Below the pieces are notes generated by a model. The model saw nothing but the letters and a program-made list of their open reading frames with translations, was not told where the DNA came from and did not search any database. Made by a program: the position numbers and the translations under genes. From contig MU057796.1 in NCBI GenBank assembly GCA_013265495.1, positions 434,001-498,000 of the forward strand: a stretch of 64,000 nt of DNA. Reading direction: 5' to 3'. Below, one piece after another: positions 14,521 to 27,670 of this stretch (the first letter of the stretch is position 1; each line of letters begins with the position of its first letter). Source of the DNA: Vicugna vicugna. Taxonomy: Eukaryota.

Positions 14521-15087
14521 CACTCAGGGAGCTAATTGAGGCCAGTAGAAAGGGGCTGTGTTTAAGCAGTTTGTTAACTGTAGGTTGTGGTTTTTGCTCA
14601 GTTTCACTGTTTTATTACTTGTGTATTCTTTAGCTTTCCATTTCTCAGACAATATTTTACTGCAAAAATATTTGTGGCTCCAGATTTTGATCTATTTTCC
14701 TTTAAAAAAATGGTTTACTAAGCTGCTAATGACAGCTTATCATTAAAAATAAACCCTCCTGATTAAAAATCTTGATTGATATTGAGAGGGAACAAGGGAT
14801 TCAACGAATCCTGTTAATGGACAAATATCCCACCTAGAAAGTTTCCTCATCCAAGGGCGAATAAATAAAAAGCATCATAGAAGTTTATGAAAACATTGTA
14901 CAGCACAAATAATAAAAGAAAAGTTGCATGGGATGATGATAAATTTAGAAATGATTAAACAAGAAAATAAGTAATTTTAAAATGATTTTGCTTTCATCTA
15001 AATGAAATAAACCTAATTATTCACCCCCCAAAATGAGTTAAAAAATCACTGAACTAACCTCCTAGAGGAAAATTAATTCCAATGACT

Positions 15088-16902
15088 TTATTTATTTATT
15101 TTTATTAAGTTATAGTCAGTTTACAGTGTTGTGTCAATTTACAGTGTAGAGCACATTTTTTCAGTTATACATGAACATACATATAGTCATTGTCACATTC
15201 TTTTTTGCTGTGAGCTACCACAAGATCTTGTATATATTCCCCTGTGCAATACCGTATAATCTTGTTTATCTATTCTATACATGCCTGTCAGTATCTACAA
15301 ATTTCAAGCTCCCAGTCTGTCCCTTCCCACCCTCTCTCCCCTGGCAACAACAAGTTTGTACTCTATGTCGATGAGTCTGTTTCTGTTTTGTGATTATGTT
15401 AATTTCTTTTTTTTTTAGATTCCACATATGAGCGATCTCATGTGGTATTTTTCTTTATCTTTCTGGTTTACTTCACTTAGAATGACGTTCTCCAGGAACA
15501 TCCATGTTGCTGCAAATAGCGTTATGTTGTCATTTTTTATGGCTTAATAGCATTCCATTGTATAAATATACCACTACTTCTTTATCCAGGTGTCTGTTGA
15601 TGGACATTTAGGTTGTTTCCATGTCTTGGTTACTGCAAATAGTGTTGCTAGGAACACTGGTGTGCAGGTGTCTTTTTGTAGTAGGGTTCCTTCTGGATAT
15701 ATGCCCAGAAGCTGGATTCCTGGCTCATATGGTAAGTCAATTCCTAGTCTTGAGGAATCGCCATACTGCTTTCCTCAGCGGCTGCACCAAACTGCATTCC
15801 CACCAGCAGTGTAGGAGGGTTCCCTTTTCTCCACAGCCTCTCCAGCATTTGTCATTTGTGAACTTTTGAATGATATGGCCATTTTGACTTGTGTGAGGTG
15901 ATACCTCATTGTAGTTTTGATTTGCATTTCTCTGATAGTTAGTGATATTGAGCATTTTTCATGTGTCTATTGATCATTTGTATGTCTTCCTTGGAGAATT
16001 GCTTGTTTAGGTCTTCTGCCCATTTTTGAATTGGGTTGTTTGTTTTTTTCTTATTAAGTTGTATGAGCTGCTTATATATTCTGGAGATCAAGCCTTTGTC
16101 AGTTTCATCTTTTGCAAAAATTTTCTCCCATTCCATAGATTATTGTTTTGTTTTGCTTATGGTTTCCTTTGCTGTGCAGAAGCTTGTAAGTTTAATTAGG
16201 TCCCATTTGTTTATTCTTGCTTTTATTTCTATTGTTTGGGTAGACTGCCCTAGGAAAACACTTTTGAGATGTACGTGAGATAATGTTTTGCCTTTGTTTT
16301 CTTCTAGGAGGTTTATTGTATCTTATGTTTAAGTCTTTGACACCTTTTGAGTTTATTTTTGTGTATAGTGTAAGGGAGTGTTCTAGCTTCATTGCTTTAC
16401 ATGCTGCTGTCTGGTCTTCCCAACACCATTTGCTGAAGAGACTGTCTTTATTCCATTGTATATTCTTGCCTCCTTTGTTGAAGATTAGTTGACCAAAAGT
16501 TTGTGGATTCATTTCTGTGCTCTCTATTCTTTTCCATTGGTCCATATGTCTGTTTTTGTACCAATACCATGCTGTTTTGATTACTGTAGCTCTATAGTAT
16601 TGTCTGAAGTCTTGGAGAGTTATTCCTCCAGTCTCTTTCTTTTTCTTCAGTAATGCTTTGGAAATTCTAGGTCCTTTGTGGTTCCATATAAATTTTATTA
16701 TGATTTGTTCTAGTTCTGTGAAATATGTCCTGGGTAATTGGATAGGGATTGCATTAAATCTGTAGATTGCCTTGGGCAGTGTGACCATTTTAACAATATT
16801 GATTCTTCCAATCCAGGAGCGTGGGATATCTTTCCATTTTTTAAAAGTCATCTTTAATTTCCTTCATCAGTGTTTTATAGTTTTCCGTGTATAAATCTTT
16901 CA
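15088..16902 (-). mobile_element. Young 5'-truncated L1 (ORF2 3' part + 3'UTR)
   Basis: ORF 16192-16851 [19 protein letters not shown]...[10 protein letters not shown] is L1 ORF2. T-rich tail at ~15088-15105. Confidence 0.95.
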
Positions 16903-17016
16903 ACAAAAAACAACTCAGTTAGTAAATTTCCGTATATAAATCTTTCAACAAAAAACAACTCAGTTAGTAAATTTCCGTGTATAAATCTTTCAACAAAAAA
17001 CAACTCAGTTAGTAAA
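16882..17016. repeat. 3 x 45-bp tandem repeat spanning an L1/L1 junction
   Basis: TTTCCGTRTATAAATCTTTCAACAAAAAACAACTCAGTTAGTAAA at 16882, 16927 and 16972. Confidence 0.95.
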
Positions 17017-17855
17017 TTGACAAAGGACTTGAATAGACATTTCTCTAAAGAAAACATACAATAGCCAATAAGCACATAAGAGTCTTACCATGATTAGCCA
17101 TTAGGGAAATGCAAATCAAAACCACAGTGAGGTACCATTAGAATGGCTTTATAAAAAAAAGAAAAAAATTAGTGTTGGGAAAGGATTTGGAATAAGTGGA
17201 ATTCTTGTATATTGATGATGGGAATGTAAAATGTTACTGCTACTGTGGAAAACAGCTTGGTGGCTCCTCAAAGTTAAACAGAATTACCATATGATCCAGC
17301 AGTTCTACTCTTAGATGTATCCCAAAAGGATTGAAAGCAGAGATTAAAACAAATACTATATACTAATGTTCATAAGAACATTATTCACAGTTGCCCCAAA
17401 GTGAAAACAATCCAGGTGTTTATCAACAGATGAGTAAGTTTGTAAAATTGTGACATATACATACAGTAGAGTATGAGTCAGCCTGAATAAAGGAATGAAA
17501 ATCTGATGCAATCTAAAACATAAATTAACCATGAAAATTTTATATTAACTAAAGTAAATCAGATACACAAAGACAAATGTTGTATGATTTCATTTATATG
17601 AGTTACCTAAAACAAGCAAATTAATACAGAGAATAGAGAAGAGGTTATTAAGAGTTAGGGGAACAAACAATAGGGGGTTATTGTTTAATGAGTACAAGTT
17701 TCTGTTTGGAAAGATGAAAATGTTCCAGAAATGGACAGTAGTGATGATTTCGCAACATTGTGAATGCACTGAATGTCACTGGATTATACATTTAAGACAA
17801 TTTGAATAGTAAATTTCATGTGTATTTTACTACAAGAAGTGTATTAAAAAAAAGG
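16993..17855 (+). mobile_element. Older L1 (L1MB-like) ORF2 end + 3'UTR
   Basis: KDLNRHFSKENIQ, GGGAAATGCAAATCAAAACCACA, CCATATGATCCAGCA; A-rich end at ~17845. Confidence 0.85.
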
Positions 17856-18334
17856 AACATAGCAAACAACTTGAAGGGACTCCTCCTATCAAAGATGAGA
17901 TAATGTGAACATCAAAAAGACTAGTTAGGGTAGTGGACTAAAACATAACAAATATATAATAAACCATGAGCTCATAATTGCATAAAAATAAAAATAAAAA
18001 TGATAAATAAAAGGATAGCTAATGATTTATTTGGCCTATCATATAAACTCTATTTCATTAAAAGAGTTAATTAGGGAATGTTCTTTTTCATAGAAAAATT
18101 ATAAGTAATACATTCAGACAGAATGAAATTAGAAAATTACCATCTTTTTCACTCCTCATGGAATAATGGATCTTGACAACAATGATTAAAAACTCAGCAA
18201 TCATAGTTGAAAAGTGGAAGTGGGAAGATCAAATTAGCACCTTAACTCACTGATCAATCTTAGCATCCTTAAGGTAGAAGCCCTGATGCCCAATACCATG
18301 CTGTTGGAAGAAGCACTACCTTTGAGGTATTTTT

Positions 18335-18388
18335 TAGATAGATGATAGACAGATAGATAAATGGATAGATAGATAGATAGATAGATAA
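18335..18388. repeat. (GATA)n microsatellite
   Basis: Direct reading. Confidence 0.9.
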
Positions 18389-18459
18389 ATTTCTTTCTCT
18401 GAAGTCCAATATGGTAATCACTAGTCACATCTGTCTATTTAAAATTAAATTTAAATCTA

Positions 18460-21400
18460 ATTTTTTATTGAAGTTTGTAGTTGATTTGCAATGTTAGTTT
18501 CAGGTGTACAGAAAAGCAATTCAGTTATACATACACACACACACATATATATGCACATATATTTTCATATTCTTTTCCATAATAGCTTATTATAAGAAAT
18601 AGAATATAATTTCCCTTATTAAACAATATGCTCCCATTGTTCATCTACTCTATATACAGTAGTGTGCATCTGCCAATCCCAAACTCCTAATCTATTCCTT
18701 TCTGTACCTTTCCCCCATAACTACAGTCCATCCTCTATGTCTGTGAATCTATTTCTGGTCCATAAATAAAATTTGTACTTTTTTTTTAGATTCCACATTT
18801 AAATGACATCATATGATATTTGTCCCTCTCTGTCTGACTCACTCCACCTAATATAATAATCTCTTAAATCCATCCATGTTGATGCAAATGGCACAATGTC
18901 ATTGCTTTTTATGGCTGAGTATGTATATCTGACATCTTCTTTATCCATTCATTTGTCAGTGGACATGTAAGTTGTTTCCATGTCTTGGCTATTGTAAATA
19001 GTACAGCTATGAGCATTGGGGTGCATGTATCTCTTCAAATTATGGTTGTCTCTAGAAATATGCCCAAAATTGGATTGCTGGATCATATAATAAGTCTACT
19101 TTTAGTTTCCTAAGGAACCTCTATACTGTCCTCCATAGTGGCTGCATCAATTTACATTCCCACCAACAGTGAAAGAGGGCTCCTATTTCTCCACACCCTC
19201 TCCAGCATTTATTATTTGTACACTTTTTAATGATGGCCATTCTAACTGGTGTGAGCTCATACCTCATTGTAGTTTTATTGATTTTTTTCTTTTTTTATAT
19301 CTCTATTTTATTTATTTCCTCTCTGATTTTATTATTTCCTTCCTTCTGCTGACTTTGAGTTTTGTTTGTTCTTTTTCTAATTCTTTTAGATGGTAGTTCA
19401 GTTTGCTTTTGAGATTTTTCTTATTTCCTGAAGAGGACCTGTATCATGATGAACTTCCCTCTTAGAACTATTTTGCTGCATCTCATAGATTTTGTCAGAC
19501 TGTGTTTTCATTGTCATTTGTCTCAAGGTATGTTCTGAATAACTTGTTGATTTCATCGTTGACCCACTGGTTTTTTAGTAGTATGTTTTTCAGTCTCCAT
19601 GTAATTATTTTTCTTGTTTTGCTTTCTGTGGTTGACTTCTTGTTTCATACCCTGTGGTTAGAAAAGATGCTTGAAATAATTTGTATTTTCTTAAATTTTT
19701 TGAGGCTTGTTTTGGGTCCTAGTATGTGGTCTATCCTAGAGAACGTTCAAGTGCACTTGAAAATGATGTGTATTCTGTTTTTGTTTTTGCTTCTGTTTAC
19801 CATTTTGTGTTTTGACGGTTTTCTATTGTATTCTGCTTGAGGTCCTTTCTTTTTGCTTTTTGTGAACTGTTATATGATTTTGATTTGCAGCTACCTGGTT
19901 TTCAAGTATATTAACCCATACTACGTCTACTTGCCTAGATAGTCATGTAAGTACCAACACATTCTAAAAGATCTGCATTTTTTACTCCCCTTCTCCACAT
20001 TTTGTGATTTTGATGTCCCAAGTTACATCTCATGAGTATCCTTTTGCTGTTAATTGTAGTTATAATCATTTTTACAAAAAAATTTTTATTGTTTTTAATC
20101 TGTGTACTGATTTATTTAAGTTATCTTCAATCCTTTTAAATATTTGCCTTTCCTGTTGCATTTTCCCCTTTTCTATAGATTATTGCTTCTTTTCCATTTG
20201 GAGAAGAATTTTCAGTGTTTCTTTTAGGTTAGGTTTAATAGTGTTTGTTTGTTTGTTTGTTTTTAATTTTTGTTTGTCTGGAAAATTCTTTATCTCTCCT
20301 TCTATTGTAAATGCTACCCTTGCTGGGTAGAGTATCCTAGGTTGCAGGTTTTTCCATTTTAGGATGTTGAATCTATCATGTCACTCCCATCTGGCATGCA
20401 AAATTCCTGTAGAGAAGTCAGCTGATAGCCTTAAGGGGGTTCCCTTGTAACTGACTCTTTGTTTTTCTCTTGCTGTCTTTAGAATCTTGTCCTTATCTTT
20501 AACTTTTACCATTTTAATGATATGTCTTAATGTGTGCCTGTTTGGATTCATATTGTTTGGGGACTCTGTGCTTCCTGTACCTGAATATCTGTTTCCTTCT
20601 TTAGGTTTGGGGAAATTTTAGCCAGAACTTCTTCAAATACATTTTCAGTCCTCTTTTCTCCTTCTTCTCCTTCTCCAACCTCTATTATGTATGGGTTGAC
20701 ATGCTTTATACTATCCCATAGATCTCATATGTTGCTTTTATTTTTTTATTTGTCTTTTTGTCTGCTGTTCTGATTAAGTGATTTTCATTATTCTGTCTTC
20801 CAGATTACTTATTTGTCCTTCTGCATTATTTAGTCTGCTATTTATTGCCTTATCTAGGTTTTTATCTTGGTAATTGAGTTGCCTAATTTTGATTGGTTCC
20901 TCTGTATAGTTTCTAGTTCCTTGTTACAATGATCTGCATTCCTATCTGTAAACTTGCTTAATTCTTTTATCATTTTCATTAACTTCTGTTTGAACTCTGA
21001 TAGATTGGAGACATCTGTTTCATTGTTTGTTCTTTCAGGGGATTTCTCTTGTTCTTCGAATTGGGAGTGGTTTCTCTGTTTTTTTCATTTTACTTAAAGT
21101 CTCTGACTATGAATTTAGGAGAAAGAGTTACCTACTGTGGTCTTCAAGGATTGTTTTTATGTGTGAGCATTCCTGCAAAGACTCTGTGAGTCCAATCTTT
21201 TTGGTGCAAGGGCTGTTTTTGGTATGGATGCCTGCCATGTCTTTCTCAGAGTGTTCTGTCTATTGTCCCCTTGATAGGGGATGTGTTTGGTGTTGTAGTG
21301 ACCAGAATCAGCACTGGATATTGGGGGAGGACTCCCATGGCTGTCACAGCCCTGGTTCCCAGTTGTTGGAGTAGAAGCCCTCAGAACTGGTTCTAAGTTG

Positions 21401-21909
21401 TGGCATAAGGTAGGTGGGACTGGAGCACTCCCACTGAGAAAGGAGCCACTGTGTATTCCTCCCCAGGTTCTGTCCACTGGGGATGAGAATATGGGATTCT
21501 ATGATGCTGCTAGCCACCTGGTGTGGTGCCAACAAAATCACCTGCTTCTGGAGTCACTCTTAGAACCACTCCACTGAGGGAGCACTCATAATCAGTCCCA
21601 CCCCCGGTAAGTGTGCACTCACAAAGCCCACTTCTGCTGAAGCCATGCCCCACTGTGAGCACACTGACAATGGGACTGTTTCACAGCTCCTTCCCAGGAG
21701 TGCTGGTCCCATCCTGATTCCTTTTTGCTTCCTTTTCATCCTACCTAGTTATGTGGGGATCTCTCTTACAGTTTCAGTTTTGTAAGAGATCTTATCTCAG
21801 CTTTAAGTTGGTATTCTGTGGGAATTATTCCACATGTAGATGTATTTTGATGTGCGTATGGAGAGAAGTGAGCCCCACATGCTTCTACTCTGCCATCTTA
21901 ATCTCCCTC
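18460..21909 (-). mobile_element. Internally deleted L1 retaining both 5' and 3' ends (~3.45 kb)
   Basis: 3'UTR and ORF2 tail at 18460-19275, joined to early-ORF2 sequence, then ORF1/5'UTR-like sequence ending in minus-strand GAGGGAGATTAAGATGGCAGAG at 21887-21908. Confidence 0.8.
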
Positions 21910-24329
21910 TGAATTAAAATTATTATAATTTTTGAGAATCTGGTTGAAGGCTTCATGGTATCACCACAAACAACATTATTTGAGAGCCTAAAAATTCCAT
22001 TCAGTCATTTCAAAAGATTTTAGTGGGGGCTTATTTCTCAATAAATCTGACTTTCTGAAATAGAAATTATCTTTAACATTTCTCCTTGTCTTAAGTGGTA
22101 ATAATGTCAGGTGCACCATTCAGGTATTTATATGGTCAAATCATCAGGTTGTTATGATGAACTGCAGGATGAATTTAAAAAATAACTCTTTTCAAGAATA
22201 ATGTACTGTCATGGCATTTTAGACCAAGAGTAAGACCCCCACAAAATACTTGTTGAGTGTGTTAATCAACATCTTGAAGATTTCCTTTTTCAATCATAAT
22301 AGTTTGAAACATTCATAACCTTTCTTGTACTCTAGTACCATCACATATATGAGCAACTAGATGATTATATTAGAATGGAGTTGACTACCTCCACCTTGGG
22401 TAATGTGTAGACATTAATGAAGATAGGAGACCATTTACAAAACTTTCCCAAAGTTGAGCCTGAAATTTCATGGAAAAAAATCTAACTGAAGTCTCCTTAC
22501 TTCCAGAATGAATGTGTTTTATTATAATACCTTTCCTTTTTTCACAACTTCTTGGAGGTTAAATTAAACCATTAATGTGTATTATATGACAAATAAATTG
22601 CTTTTTTGTTTCAATTCCAAGTACAATTTCAAAAATAAGTTTACAGTTGAGGTTGGATTGCCTTCTTTTTTTATTGAAATTTTAATTTTCTTAAAAATTC
22701 TGTAATGTAATTGCATGATAAAAAGAAATTGAATAAGGGTGTAATTATTCCTTGATCAGTCATGCTAATTAAGACCTACCTTCACAAATCCTTTGATTTA
22801 AGATGCTTTCTATGAAATCAAACAGTTTATTTCTTTAATTTCCTAGTTAAGCCCTCAAAAAAGCTGGGTACTTACATATCTAGTAGCTTTTAACATCCAA
22901 AATGTTTATGACTACTATGATGAAAACTTATGGAAAAAATGAATTCATTAAGCATGAACTCATTATGGCTAAAAATACATCTTTTTCTGTTGTTATTGAT
23001 AACCCAGCCTTAATAATAATGTAGTAAAATTCCTTTATATTGCTTGTTGATTGTAGAATCCCAAGGAAACCATCAGATAAAAACACTGACTAAGCAGAGC
23101 TAAGTTTGTCCCACATACTGTACTGAGAATGAATACCACCTGGATGGGAAGGTAGATGGTTGGATACGTGCCTGCATGCATGAGTGAATAGATAGATGAT
23201 AGACAGACAGGCAGGCAGGCAGACAGACAGAAAGATAATAAATGGATGGATGAAAGGAAGTGTCTTGGTAGTATATTGAAAGTAGGAAGTCAAGAGAAGA
23301 AAGATTTTTTGGAAATTTGTTTTCAAGTGGATGAAGGTAGGGAGATGATGGGATTGGACACATTCATGACATGAATAGTTAGGATTCATGGATACAGCAA
23401 GATAAGGGTCTGCAGTCTTGATAAGAAAACTGTTTTCTGAAAAGTGAGTTCTTTGCTCAAGTGAGCAAGCTATTGTCCAAGTAGGAGAGCAATTTGCCCA
23501 CAGAAGCAAATTATTAGCCTGAATAAATTGGTTGGCAAGAATTTTTTGAAGCAAACTGTAAAGTAATATGTTGATTTAAGGTTTTATCTTCCTGGAAGAA
23601 ACTGTCAAATCATGTTGGCACCAATGGCCTTAAATCTTAGTCCCAGAAGATAAACTGTTGATACAGGTTGTATCAGTACTTACTTGAACCTGTTTTCCCT
23701 TGTATCAGGCTGTCCTCAATAACACTCCTTTAACAGATCCTAAAATTAAGAGGTGGTGAACATGCATTATGGTTTAAGCCTGAGTCTAACTTCAAGTTGC
23801 CCCAGTGTGATTAGACTTTCTCCCACAGAAGAGCAGAAGAGCTAATGGTACATTGGGACTCAGACTGCTGATTGCCTGCTTATTCCAGCTGTCAGGCTGC
23901 TGTTTCACTGACAAGAAGCTTAGTGGGTCATATATTTTATACTACATACTATCATAGCTAAAATGGAACATGGAAATACCTGGGCAGATGTTTAGCTTCA
24001 TAGGGAAGAGCTTCACGGGATGCCAGCTCAAGTGAAACTGGAGTTCAATCACTCCTTTCTAATAATTATTGAGAAAACAGGAAAACTGATGGAGGAGGCA
24101 GAGGGAATGGTGGGGGTTGGATGCCCATGGCTTGAAAAATGGCTCAAACCTGAGTTTTCTTCATTCACGATTTAACAAGGCTACTTAAAGGAATCCTTAT
24201 AAGTAGAAGTGAAATTGTAATGCAATGTATGGACCGTTTAAGATAAAAGGAACACTGCTAGTCTTCGTGTCTTAAATACTATACTGGACTGTAGAGAGGT
24301 GGCAGGACTATACATTAAACTCAAGTCTG

Positions 24330-24438
24330 ATTTTCTGTGACAATGAATATATATATGTTCATGTATAACTGAAAAATTGTGCTCTACACTGGAATTTGAC
24401 TCACCATTGTAAAATTATTATAAATCAATAAAAATGTT
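24330..24438 (+). mobile_element. Very short young L1 3' tail
   Basis: Matches the 3' end of the copies at 35508-35617 and 15088-15200. TSD AAA(C/G)TCAAGTCTG at 24317-24329 and 24439-24451. Confidence 0.9.
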
Positions 24439-25039
24439 AAAGTCAAGTCTGGGAGGAGGAAAATTGGGTGGGGAAATATAGGAAATCATTAAGGAGCTTA
24501 TAGAGTGAGAGATGAGAGAGGATTTTCCATTCTAAGTAACCTTGCAGGCACTTTAAGGCACTGGTTTATTCAGTTTCTGTTGGCAGGTCTTTTAATGGCA
24601 TTGTATGGCACCCTGGCCCCCAATTCCCCAAAGCTGTTCTATCCAAAAGTTACTATTTATTCCCCTCTAGAAGTAGAGTTGCTCCCACCTGCTATTTCTA
24701 AAACTACTATTAATAGAGCCCCCAAAGCACTCCTGTCTGCTGAACAAATCACAGAAATAGTAACGTATTGCAATCTGCTATGGAAACTTGTCAATTAAAA
24801 TAATGGATCTTTAGCCACAAGTCGTTATCACAGTTTGACTTTAAAGTGAATGGATGAAGTATGACAAGGGTAAAGGAAGGGCAATGACAAAGAGAAACAT
24901 ACCAAATTACTCCAGTATTGGGTGGTTTTATTCAGAATGCAGGTTACTGTGGGGTTGAAACTGGCTCAGTGGGTATTAACTCTTCTGGCAGACCGAGAAA
25001 CCTGGGAATTCTAAAGCTTCTTAGTATTTCTTTTTTAAA

Positions 25040-25645
25040 AAATAAAAATGTTCAATTGAGGTAAAATAAACAAACATATATGTTACGTATACGTGCAGAT
25101 AAGGACCAAAGTTCACAAAACAAATATGTCAATGTCACCAGCACCCAGAAAAGGAAAAGAAAAGGAACCGACCATCAAACCCTCAGTTTCCTCCCTTCCA
25201 TTCCCAGCAAACCTCAGATGTATTTCTGTCTTTTATTGCCACGGATTATTGCTTCCTGCCTTTCTGCTTCTGTAAATGGGATCATATCACATTTACTCTT
25301 TTGTGCACGGTCTCTTTTGCCTGATATTACGTCTGGTGAGGCTTATTTATATCATTTGTAGTTTATTCATTCTCATTGCTGTCTAGCATTGCGTCTTGTG
25401 AATACACCGCAATCTACCCTTTCAGCTGTGGAGGGACGTTTGAGTGGTTTATAGTTTTTGGCCACTAGAAAATCATATTGCTGTGAAAATTCTAGTACAT
25501 GTCTTTTGTTGAACATATACACACTCCTCTCTGTTGGGTATTTTACTAGAAGAAGAAATGGTGGCTCATAGAGAGCATGTGCACAGTTACCTTCAGTAGG
25601 TTCTGCCAGCAGTGTTCCAAGCTGGTCATGCCAGTTTACACACAT
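25040..25645 (-). mobile_element. L1ME-like 3' fragment
   Basis: TTCTAGTACATGTCTTTTGTTGAACATATAC and CAGTGTTCCAAGCTGGT motifs. Confidence 0.7.
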
Positions 25646-27654
25646 AGTTAGGAGACACAGTTCTTGAAGACTGCAGTGTGGCCAAGAGGCTCTAAGTCAA
25701 ACACCGGGACCCAGATATAGTGGTGAAACAATGTCAAAGTTCTGTGGGGTGAAAGGAGGTAACGTTCAGGAGGCTAAGCCTTTTTTTCCTGGTCATGAAA
25801 AATGAATATTCCCATTACAGAATTTTGGTCATGAAGTACAGCAAAAATCATCTTAAATTTATAAAAAGGGAAGTTTATACACAGAGGCTAAATGTCAAAG
25901 GCCAACACCCTTAAACTCAAGTACATATGTGCATCTATGGTGTTTTTCCAGAAGGCTAGATTGCTTTTTTGTTACGAGATCATGTATACGCTCTTTTAAG
26001 TGGTAATATCCCAGATTAGCTCTGCTGAATGTTTCTGTCACTCCATACATGTGTTTATCTTTGTATCTCCTATTTAGTTATTCATCAATTTGTTTCATTT
26101 TTCATTATCTGACTTCCTGACTAGACTATATTTCATAAGGGGAGAAACTGTTTTACTTATTCACTTTTCAGTATCCAGTACTTTGATCTATCTTTTGCAC
26201 AGAGTAGGTACTCAATAAACATTTTAGTGGGAATAAAGGAATGACCACTGAAAGGAGTTTCGTAGGTACACAGAAGGATGAAGATTTTAAAACAACTGAA
26301 TCTGATGGGAGCTAGCTTACATTTAACAATTTAAGATTAAACCCTTTATGGCAAGATATTTTGAGTCCATTGTTAAAACAAGTCTGTAGACAGCCTCACC
26401 AAGAGTTGGACAAGCTGGCATGTCAAGACTGAGGAGGTTAGATAGAATTACAAGGGCAACTTCTCAGTGTTCTTTCCTGTCTTAGTCTGAGTTACGATAT
26501 TTGCCATTAGTTTCATGTTTCTTAACTAATTAATCTGTACTTTTTTTTAGTATCTAATATTGTCTTCCAGTGATGGGGGAAGCTTATTTTGATCCATAAA
26601 GCAGCTGCTACATTTTCTCACTATTTTTAGCTCTTATGAGTACCAAGTTTAGATATAAAGTGTCAAAGTATTATTGCATGTATTTGTTGTTTGCTGTTTT
26701 ATGACTGCGCATCTAAAGAAGTTATGTAATTTGTTCTTCTATTTCCAGGTATTTAGTGATTTCAGATACATCGCCCTCTACCAAATTCTTAAATTTTTTA
26801 TGGAATGAAACAAAATAACATTATCTCTTTTGGTATCACACTGGAGCCTCGTATCCCTAAGCTTTAGCAATCTTCTTTCTGTTTTATCCTTTCTTGTGAT
26901 ATTATAGTTTGAGTTTATGCCTAGCTCAGAAAAGTGCTTTCCCTTTTGAGTTTTAAAAAATCAGATGGCCTTTCTTCCCCTTGTTGCCCTCTGACCCAAA
27001 GGCACACTGTCCTGTCTCATGCACAGTTATGCTGGTTCTGTCTTGCTGCCCCCTCTAATTTGCATTGTAGCTAATGTAAAGGTGGGTGCTGTGGTTTGTA
27101 GCCACAAGAATAGCAAATGTAGAGGTGTTGAAAATACTGTCACAGTTGTCGGAGAGAGTCTCTGTCAGCATTTTTCAGAAGGAAACAGCAGGAGCCCTTT
27201 ATAATGTAACTTTAATTATAATGGCCAAGCACCCTGGCATAGGCTGAGGTTGTGTTTATGATACACCTGCCAAGACTAATTTGAAATGCCTAAGACATGT
27301 GTCTCATAAGTGGTGTCACCCCCTACAGGTGCTAGGCAGCACTCCTTTCTTTCCTTCCTCTGTCCCTGGTCTCTGTTCCCTCTTGGTCTGGCTGCTCAAA
27401 TACATAACAACTTAAAAGAAAATTAAGAGCCATAATCAATGAGGCGAGATTAACAAGCCACGCAGTAAAACCACCGTATACGTGACAAGGCTAATTACCT
27501 CCAATTTTCAAGTTGTGGTCTGTGGAAATCTAAATTAAAAAACACACAAATGAAATGGATCATTTCTCACCTTCTAATATTAAGTTTATTTGTGGAAACT
27601 TAATATTTTGAATGTGACCTTCAAAAAGTCAGATCATGAAGCCTCAGAACACCA

Positions 27655-27670
27655 ACCAGCAGATGGCAAT
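27655..27670 (+). promoter_or_regulatory. Candidate CTCF motif
   Basis: ACCAGCAGATGGCAAT fits the CCASYAGRKGGCR consensus in non-repeat sequence. Confidence 0.45.

Noticed and set aside
16192..16851. 219-aa ORF as a gene
   Set aside because: Fragment of L1 ORF2 in a 5'-truncated, frameshifted copy.
16882..17016. CRISPR-like array
   Set aside because: Head-to-tail repeats with no spacers, in mammalian L1 context.
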